From positions 15,112 to 39,111 of the forward strand of contig NZ_JBNAKN010000005.1 of assembly GCF_049723875.1 (NCBI RefSeq): a stretch of 24,000 nucleotides of DNA, given 5' to 3'. Position numbers and translations under genes: made by a program. Below the pieces are notes generated by a model that saw only the letters and a list, made by a program, of their open reading frames with translations, made no database searches and was not told where the DNA came from. The stretch comes from Methanobacterium sp. GTDB taxonomy: Archaea > Methanobacteriota > Methanobacteria > Methanobacteriales > Methanobacteriaceae. The first letter of the stretch is position 1. Each line of letters opens with the position of its first letter. Positions 18,748-24,000 of the stretch are shown one piece after another.

Positions 18748-19458
18748 ATGAATATTAAATCTTTTACATCTATTGCAGACATAGTTTCAATTGCGAACGC
18801 TTCATCAGGATTTCTAGCAATCATAATGGTAACAACAGGTAATTTTGTATTAGCCGCTAAGTTTATGTTACTAGCAGTCATATTTGACGCGTTAGACGGA
18901 TGGGTTGCCAGGAAATTAAATAGAAAAGATGAATTTGGTTTTGGAAAGAACGTCGATTCTTTATCAGACATTATATCCTTTGGAGTCGCTCCAGGAATGT
19001 TTTTGTATATATTAAGCCAGTCCTCAGGAATATTCTACTTTAATATAATTGTAGCTCTTTTAATAGTCATATGCGGGATACTGAGACTTTCAAGATTCAA
19101 TGTAATTACAGATTCACATGATGACAAGTTTGTTGGGTTACCTATTCCATCAACAGCATTGATACTCTCCTCATTTTATCTTTCAGGATTTTTCAATGCA
19201 AGCTTAGCTTTAGTCATTATGACTGTTGTATCCCTATTCATGATAAGTACAGTCAAATATCCCAAATTTAGAGGCATTAAAACATTAGCAGTGGGGAGCA
19301 TACTAATTATAGCAACGCTATTACCTCAAAACATTTTATCATATATTACCTATTTCCCCGCAAAGCTTTTATTTATTATTATGCTACTATACTTATTGAT
19401 TGTACCAGTTATAGATTTATACATTAAATTCTTTAGAAGTGGTCCGAATGTTAGATAA
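18748..19458 (+). CDS. pssA: CDP-alcohol phosphatidyltransferase: CDP-archaeol/diacylglycerol--serine O-phosphatidyltransferase
   Basis: It carries the CDP-alcohol phosphatidyltransferase motif DALDGWVARKLNRKDEFGFGKNVDSLSDIISFG (D-G-x2-A-R-x8-G-x3-D-x3-D), is polytopic, and has a GGGGG RBS. Confidence 0.85.
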   Translation: MNIKSFTSIADIVSIANASSGFLAIIMVTTGNFVLAAKFMLLAVIFDALDGWVARKLNRKDEFGFGKNVDSLSDIISFGVAPGMFLYILSQSSGIFYFNIIVALLIVICGILRLSRFNVITDSHDDKFVGLPIPSTALILSSFYLSGFFNASLALVIMTVVSLFMISTVKYPKFRGIKTLAVGSILIIATLLPQNILSYITYFPAKLLFIIMLLYLLIVPVIDLYIKFFRSGPNVR

Positions 19459-20731
19459 GATACGTGGAAAAAAGAAAGACGATACAGATACTCCTGATCT
19501 TAGGGGAAATAACAATAAGAAGGATGACTCTGATATAGGAGGACGCCTTAAAGGCATGGTAGGCAAAGTAACTGGAAGAGGAGACGAAGATAAAAAAGAA
19601 GAAATGAAAGCTCCTCCAGAAAGGAAAATGCCACGACCTATGCCTAAACCTATGGCAAAACCCGGTGAAAAACCACGGTTAAAATCTCCTCAAAAGAGAC
19701 CAGAAGATAAAAGGCCAGGAATGGGTGGTTTTGGAAGAAGAATCCCTGATGATGATCAGAGGACTCTTGTTGGAGCTGCAGTTTTTGGAATAATATTGAT
19801 TGTACTTGTTGGAGCAGGTTATTACTTTTTAGTTTATGCACCTTATCAAGATACATTATCAAATGCCAAACAAACAAAACTTAGTGCAGTTAATACATAC
19901 TTTACAGGGCCACTAGCAACAGATGCACGGGGAATAAATCTTAGAGCTCAAATTGAGAGTGCTACAACGCCTGATCAAGTAGATGCTATAGATGTTCTTG
20001 GTCCCGCAACAGAAGCGTGGAGAGAATATCAAAATCAACAGATTAATTCACAAAAGGATGCCTATGGGCGAGTTATGATAACATATGCTGCAGGTACGCA
20101 GAAGAATGTAATATTAAAAGTTGCAGACGCTAAAACATTGGTTTCACAGGCAGATGCCACTGTCTTATCAAACATGGAAATTAAAACCCCAAATACTGTG
20201 GCTATTCCAATAATAATTTCTAGATTACAGGCTGCAGGAGGCCTTATAAATGTCGGAAATTCGGTTGACGTGTATTTACTGAATGATACTTCAAACAGCA
20301 CCGTATCAACAAATGGTACTCCTCAAATAAGTGGGGCAACTGTTCTCGCAATTCTAAGAGCTAAAAACAGTGGAACAATAAATGCAAATAAGTCACATGC
20401 AACAGATATTGCCATGAGCAATCTGGTTCAAGGTAGTTCACGCAGTGAATCCGCATCAGAAGATGTTGATGAACTTTTAAAAGCTGCTGCTGCCAATAAC
20501 TGGGATCAAAGTGAAGTAAGTTCCTTATTGAACTCATATGGTTGGAGATTATCAGATTTCGAGAGAAGTTCAAACCTCGGAGAACTTGATGCACAATACC
20601 TATTATTACTAGAGGTTCCAAGAGAAAATGCAATATTCCTTATACAAAATATGAACAACGTTATACTTACAGTCCCAACCCAGCAAGCTCCGAACTGGAT
20701 GATTAAGGAGCTGAAGCAAATATACGGATAA
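19448..20731 (+). CDS. Single-pass membrane protein: basic Pro/Lys-rich N-terminal tail, one TM, large extracytoplasmic domain (CpaB/RcpC-like architecture, unconfirmed)
   Basis: The ATG at 19448 overlaps the pssA stop by 11 nt (a GTG at 19439 is an alternative start). The tail includes ...KMPRPMPKPMAKPGEKPRLKSPQKRPEDKRP..., and the TM is LVGAAVFGIILIVLVGAGYYFLV. Downstream, IPIIISRLQAAGGLINVGNSVDVYLL and YLLLLEVPRENAIFLIQNMNNVILTV recall the SAF/beta-clip and C-terminal segments of Flp-pilus CpaB. That resemblance is inference only. Confidence 0.6.
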   Translation: MLDKIRGKKKDDTDTPDLRGNNNKKDDSDIGGRLKGMVGKVTGRGDEDKKEEMKAPPERKMPRPMPKPMAKPGEKPRLKSPQKRPEDKRPGMGGFGRRIPDDDQRTLVGAAVFGIILIVLVGAGYYFLVYAPYQDTLSNAKQTKLSAVNTYFTGPLATDARGINLRAQIESATTPDQVDAIDVLGPATEAWREYQNQQINSQKDAYGRVMITYAAGTQKNVILKVADAKTLVSQADATVLSNMEIKTPNTVAIPIIISRLQAAGGLINVGNSVDVYLLNDTSNSTVSTNGTPQISGATVLAILRAKNSGTINANKSHATDIAMSNLVQGSSRSESASEDVDELLKAAAANNWDQSEVSSLLNSYGWRLSDFERSSNLGELDAQYLLLLEVPRENAIFLIQNMNNVILTVPTQQAPNWMIKELKQIYG

Positions 20732-20742
20732 TCATCCAAGCA

Positions 20743-20790
20743 GGATATATGTGATAAATCGGGCCATTTTAAGGGAAATCACATATATCC
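20743..20790. promoter_or_regulatory. 13-bp perfect inverted repeat (ggatatatgtgat / atcacatatatcc) with a 22-nt spacer, upstream of the sortase-substrate gene
   Basis: The arms at 20743..20755 and 20778..20790 are perfectly complementary. The repeat starts 12 nt after the stop of the upstream gene and ends 28 nt before the ATG at 20818. It could be a terminator/attenuator stem-loop or a dimeric regulator site. Confidence 0.5.
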
Positions 20791-20817
20791 CCATATAATA
20801 ATAAAAAGGGGATAGTA

Positions 20818-21759
20818 ATGAATATAAATAAAATGTGTATTGTATTAATGGTATTTATTGCAGTTATAGGAATAATAGGTTCAAATTCAACTAGTAATGC
20901 GGTATATGGGGCAGAAACATGGGTAAAACCAGAGAATACTAGCGTGTATATGACCAACTTTTATGTGACTATTCATGCTACTATTAAAAATAATGAAAAT
21001 CATGTTCAGTATTTTAAAATAAGTCAAACTTATACTGATAGTCTAGACAGCCCTATTAATTGGCAGATTACCAGTAAACCCGGCGCAGTAAAAATGGTAG
21101 ATTCAGTTTCTCCAGAACTTAATGGAGACTGGGGATGGAAAATACAACCAGGACAAACAAAAACAGTGTGTTTTACCCTTTTAGCTGTTAGTAGTAATAA
21201 TACGGGCCAAGCTGCGAGATTTAATATATTAAATAAAGGTTCTGTAGCAAATAAATACTGGCCAATAATTCCAGATCCAGGTTTATATACTTCATGGTTT
21301 CAGCCAAATGAAATAGAAATACTTAATCCAAGTTTAGATCTTAAGTACTGGAAAGGACAATTTAGTTTTGTGCTTTTGAACTATGATTCACACAGTGTTT
21401 CAGGAATAATAAGAGCTCCAATAGTACCAACTGATTCAAAACTTGTAGCTAGCAGTCCAAAAGCAACATTTTTAGATAATGACATAGTAATGAACGGGAA
21501 AGTTGCAGCATGGGACGTTACTTTAGGTCCAGATGGTTCAGATACGGGTGCAGGATTTTATAAATATACTTATGTATGGCCTTATTCAGGTTCATCATCA
21601 TCAGGCATAGGGAAATACTCATCAACATCAATACCAACAGCCAATGCAGCATCAGACAATTCATCAGCATCCACTAAAAATACAGGGATTCCATACTTCC
21701 CATTCGTAATTGGAGGTATTTTAGCTGCCGGCGGACTAGCATATGCAAGACTTAGATGA
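20818..21759 (+). CDS. Secreted surface protein with a tripartite C-terminal sorting signal (candidate sortase substrate)
   Basis: It has an N-terminal signal peptide (MNINKMCIVLMVFIAVIGIIGSNSTSNA) and a Ser-rich linker. The C-terminus reads ...SSASTKNTG-IPYFPFVIGGILAAGGLAYA-RLR, i.e. short motif, hydrophobic stretch, basic tail. The RBS is GGGGA. It lies immediately upstream of a sortase gene. Confidence 0.65.
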   Translation: MNINKMCIVLMVFIAVIGIIGSNSTSNAVYGAETWVKPENTSVYMTNFYVTIHATIKNNENHVQYFKISQTYTDSLDSPINWQITSKPGAVKMVDSVSPELNGDWGWKIQPGQTKTVCFTLLAVSSNNTGQAARFNILNKGSVANKYWPIIPDPGLYTSWFQPNEIEILNPSLDLKYWKGQFSFVLLNYDSHSVSGIIRAPIVPTDSKLVASSPKATFLDNDIVMNGKVAAWDVTLGPDGSDTGAGFYKYTYVWPYSGSSSSGIGKYSSTSIPTANAASDNSSASTKNTGIPYFPFVIGGILAAGGLAYARLR

Positions 21760-21815
21760 TAACTCATAAAAAATAACATTAACCTTAATAATAATAAACG
21801 ATAAAAAAAGGTTAC

Positions 21816-22550
21816 ATGAAGTTATCAACACTTTTTATCATAGCAGGGATGGTAATCATCTCCCTTTATTTTATGGTAGAAGTAAGTTTCTATGCAACAA
21901 CAGAGAATGTTGTTCTAAATAAATCAGATACTCCTTTTCTTGAAATACCCAAAATAAGTGTTGATCAAAATATCAACAACAAATCCGTAAATTACGGAGT
22001 GTATTATGAACCCGAATCTGCAAAACCCGGTTATGGAACTGTGGTACTAGCAGGACACAGAACATTTTACAGTTCTCCTTTCTTAAATCTAGATAAACTA
22101 AAAACTGGAGATAATATAACTGTATCATGGCCAGAAATAGGAAATGTCCAGTACACAGTAGTAAGATCATATATTGTTCCTGCATCATACCAGCTATCTT
22201 TAGATCAGGGCAAAACTCTTATTCTGTATACATGTTATCCTCTGGGATCATCCAAAGAAAGATTAATTATACAGGCAAATCAAACTAAAATAACCCCATT
22301 TGCCTATTCAAAAGCAGCAAATTCGAATAACGGGAAAAAAGATTTCCCATATGCTCCGTTATTAATAGCTGCCTTTTTAGGAATAGGTTTAGTCTTAAGC
22401 TATTTATATCCTGTAAAAGATGATAAAATATTTATTTTCATAACTGCAGTTGCCCTCACACTGTTTTTATTATATGGGTACCTGTTTCCAGTTCCAGGAG
22501 ATCAAATATCATCACAGATATCCAATTTGAGCGATATATTTGGAGGTTGA
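21816..22550 (+). CDS. Sortase-family cysteine transpeptidase, membrane anchored (N-terminal TM plus two C-terminal TMs)
   Basis: LEIPKISVDQNI...PGYGTVVLAGHRTF supplies the His, TLILYTCYP supplies the TLxTC-type Cys, and ERLIIQA supplies the Arg, completing the sortase H-C-R triad in canonical order. The TM segments are FIIAGMVIISLYFMV, LLIAAFLGIGLVLSYLY and IFIFITAVALTLFLLYGYLF. Confidence 0.8.
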   Translation: MKLSTLFIIAGMVIISLYFMVEVSFYATTENVVLNKSDTPFLEIPKISVDQNINNKSVNYGVYYEPESAKPGYGTVVLAGHRTFYSSPFLNLDKLKTGDNITVSWPEIGNVQYTVVRSYIVPASYQLSLDQGKTLILYTCYPLGSSKERLIIQANQTKITPFAYSKAANSNNGKKDFPYAPLLIAAFLGIGLVLSYLYPVKDDKIFIFITAVALTLFLLYGYLFPVPGDQISSQISNLSDIFGG

Positions 22551-22551
22551 A

Positions 22552-22597
22552 GAAAATCTCTTCGAGATTTTCGAAACCCCAAAAACTTTGTTTTTGG
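22552..22597. repeat. Hairpin array A6 (two modules) immediately after the sortase stop
   Basis: The two modules are gaaaatctc-ttc-gagattttc (22552..22572, 9-bp perfect stem) and ccaaaaac-ttt-gtttttgg (22579..22597, 8-bp perfect stem). Confidence 0.8.
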
Positions 22598-22667
22598 AGG
22601 TTAAATCCAATATATACGCCAAATTTTATAATCAGTACCACCCAAATATAAAACCAGGTAGATTTTA

Positions 22668-23039
22668 ATGGATGTCGAAGATAAATATTTCAAAAATATT
22701 TCAAGCAGAGAACGAGCAATTTTTGAAGGTGCAATTACAATGGGCGCTTTATTCCATCAGTTTATTGGAACACCTGTAAATTCAGAAAGTGCAGAAATGC
22801 TTGAAAAATCAATAAAAAGAGCAATGGAACTTCAACCATGCATTGAAAAAGTCGAAGTGAAAATAGACAGGAAAATGCTTGAAGAAGCTAAAAGTGAATT
22901 TGATTATGTATCTCTAAACGGAGATATGATAGATGTAAGAGTAGTTTCAACATATAATAACAAAAAAGCGGTTTTAAGGATGGAATATATCAAAGAGTTA
23001 AAGTATCCTTTGATGTATGTGGAATATATTGATGAATAA
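22668..23039 (+). CDS. mptD: Probable archaeal dihydroneopterin aldolase (MptD-like, methanopterin biosynthesis)
   Basis: It is about 120 aa, with ERAIFEGAITMGALFHQFIGTPV near the N-terminus. From memory this matches the conserved ERAIFE-G-x-LGAL-HQF-GTP block of the MJ0408/MptD family. I did not verify this by search. Confidence 0.5.
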   Translation: MDVEDKYFKNISSRERAIFEGAITMGALFHQFIGTPVNSESAEMLEKSIKRAMELQPCIEKVEVKIDRKMLEEAKSEFDYVSLNGDMIDVRVVSTYNNKKAVLRMEYIKELKYPLMYVEYIDE

Positions 23040-23438
23040 TTAATAAATTACAGAATGTTTTTGATCCTATCAAACCTTCGGTTTGATTGTTTACGAAATT
23101 ACATTTCGTAACCGGAAAAATTGGAAATTTTTCCATGCCCAAAAATCAGAGATTTTCGACAGCTATTGAAAATCTTGATTTTCAATGCCGCAAAACTACG
23201 TTTCGCCGGCTTTTTTATAAAAAGCCAGCAAAATTTATAATTTTGTGGTGTGCAAAAATTATAAATTTTTGCAGTTACGAAACGCGGTTTAGTAAACGTT
23301 AAAAATCTATGATTTTTAACATCCTGCAAAATCAAGTGTTTTGCGGCCCACAAAATCCTTGATTTTGTTGGGGCTGTTGAGGAGTTAAAGTATCTTTGAT
23401 GTATGTTAAAAATATTGATGAGTAAACAAATTACAGAA
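22995..23438. repeat. Hairpin array A7: 13 consecutive stem-loops flanked by a ~60-nt imperfect direct repeat that duplicates the 3' end and stop codon of the MptD-like gene
   Basis: Direct repeats: 22995..23055 (gagttaaagtatcctttgatgtatgtggaatatattgatgaataattaataaattacagaa) and 23382..23438 (gagttaaagtatc-tttgatgtatgttaaaaatattgatgagtaa---acaaattacagaa). The stem-loops span 23069..23368. Perfect 9-10 bp examples are at 23091..23111, 23114..23134, 23165..23186, 23251..23273 and 23298..23320. Confidence 0.9.
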
Positions 23439-23470
23439 AAATTACTGTAATTACTTTTTGTGGTGACTTC

Positions 23471-23788
23471 ATGGATAGTTTAAAATTATATGATGACTTG
23501 AAATTTGCTATAAGATGTGTAGACATCTGGGAAAAGTTAAAATCAACTGATGCTGAGATGGAAGAAGTTCTTAAGCATGAAGCAAATAAAAAAAGTCTAG
23601 ATCAAAGCGCCCTATTTTGCCAGCCTTTGCAAGATTATTTAGAGATGCTAATCGCCATGATTCACAATGAGAGCGGAGAATGGTTTTTTTATGTGGATAT
23701 TGCAGGTGTTTTATACGATTTTGTTTCAACAGATGAACTTTCAGTATATAAAACTGAATCAGGTTATTGTGTCTGTTTCAAAAAATAA
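23471..23788 (+). CDS. Small acidic hypothetical protein
   Basis: A 105-codon ORF with coding-like composition and no TM or signal peptide. I recognise no motif. Confidence 0.4.
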   Translation: MDSLKLYDDLKFAIRCVDIWEKLKSTDAEMEEVLKHEANKKSLDQSALFCQPLQDYLEMLIAMIHNESGEWFFYVDIAGVLYDFVSTDELSVYKTESGYCVCFKK

Positions 23789-23884
23789 GAATTAATGGCA
23801 TAATTTATGATACATTTATTTTTATATAACTACTAACACATATTTATTTAAGATTATCTATTTAATAATCAAGCTATTAAAACT

Positions 23885-23927
23885 GTCAAAGCTGAAAGTT
23901 TTGACGCAGCAAACACCAAGTGTTTGC
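23885..23927. repeat. Hairpin array A8 (two modules)
   Basis: The two modules are gtcaaagc-tgaaa-gttttgac (23885..23906, one G-T position) and gcaaacac-caa-gtgtttgc (23909..23927, 8-bp perfect stem). Confidence 0.65.
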
Positions 23928-23963
23928 ATGTTTCTATTCTTTTATAAACTTCCCAGTGATAAC

Positions 23964-24000
23964 ATGATAAAAGTTAATAAAGAACTATGTAAAGGGTGCA
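23964..24000 (+). CDS. Start of a probable 4Fe-4S ferredoxin-domain protein (partial; runs off the right edge)
   Basis: ATG at 23964 gives MIKVNKELCKGC..., the common N-terminus of 4Fe-4S dicluster proteins (start of a CxxCxxC motif). Only 12 codons are visible. Confidence 0.3.
   Translation, partial: MIKVNKELCKGC

Noticed and set aside
19448-19780. TonB-like reading of the Pro/Lys-rich region of the 430-aa protein, as a partner for the ExbB/ExbD pair 5 kb away
   Set aside because: The Pro/Lys-rich segment lies N-terminal to the only TM and is strongly basic, so it should be cytoplasmic. TonB has the opposite topology, and no TonB C-terminal domain motif is seen.
23087-23353. Track ORFs 23087..23302(+) and 23099..23353(-)
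   Set aside because: Both run through hairpin array A7 on opposite strands. Mirror-image ORFs over palindromic repeats are an artefact of the repeat structure. They also warn that array sequence is intrinsically stop-poor in some frames.
23069-23368. CRISPR array interpretation of the regularly spaced hairpins (also A2, A5)
   Set aside because: The units are about 20 nt and every one differs in sequence. There is no constant 24-37 nt repeat alternating with unique 30-40 nt spacers, and no cas genes are in the window.

Overview
AT-rich (roughly one-third GC by eye) chromosomal segment of a methanogenic archaeon. The gene set (MCR component A2, F420 genes cofD/cofE, GTP cyclohydrolase III, archaeal IMP cyclohydrolase PurO, plus MreB and a sortase) fits a pseudomurein-walled Methanobacteriales-type organism best. 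I had no search tools, so every call rests on motifs I read in the translations.

Layout:
- 1..17203 is almost entirely minus-strand housekeeping and cofactor genes: ThiF-like E1 (partial), GMC oxidoreductase, Kv channel, hemA, precorrin-2 dehydrogenase, a Cys-rich protein, atwA, a Dus-like TIM barrel, GTP cyclohydrolase III, cofD, cofE, purO, exbD/exbB-like, rnhB, mreB-like and a coupled unknown. One plus-strand secreted Zn-hydrolase gene sits at 2685..3185.
- 17837..24000 is plus-strand: psd, pssA, a three-gene cell-surface module (single-pass membrane protein, secreted protein with a C-terminal sorting signal, sortase), an MptD-like protein, a small unknown, and the first codons of a ferredoxin-like gene.

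Two things stand out:
1. At least eight intergenic arrays of short A-tract/T-tract stem-loops built from recurring hairpin types. Four are bracketed by long imperfect direct repeats that duplicate the adjacent gene's start or stop codon region. In two of them, an ORF starting at the duplicated start codon stays open across the array and stops 2-7 nt before the real start codon.
2. A sortase with an adjacent candidate substrate that carries a non-LPXTG signal (TKNTG).

I saw no rRNA, tRNA, CRISPR array, transposase or integrase.
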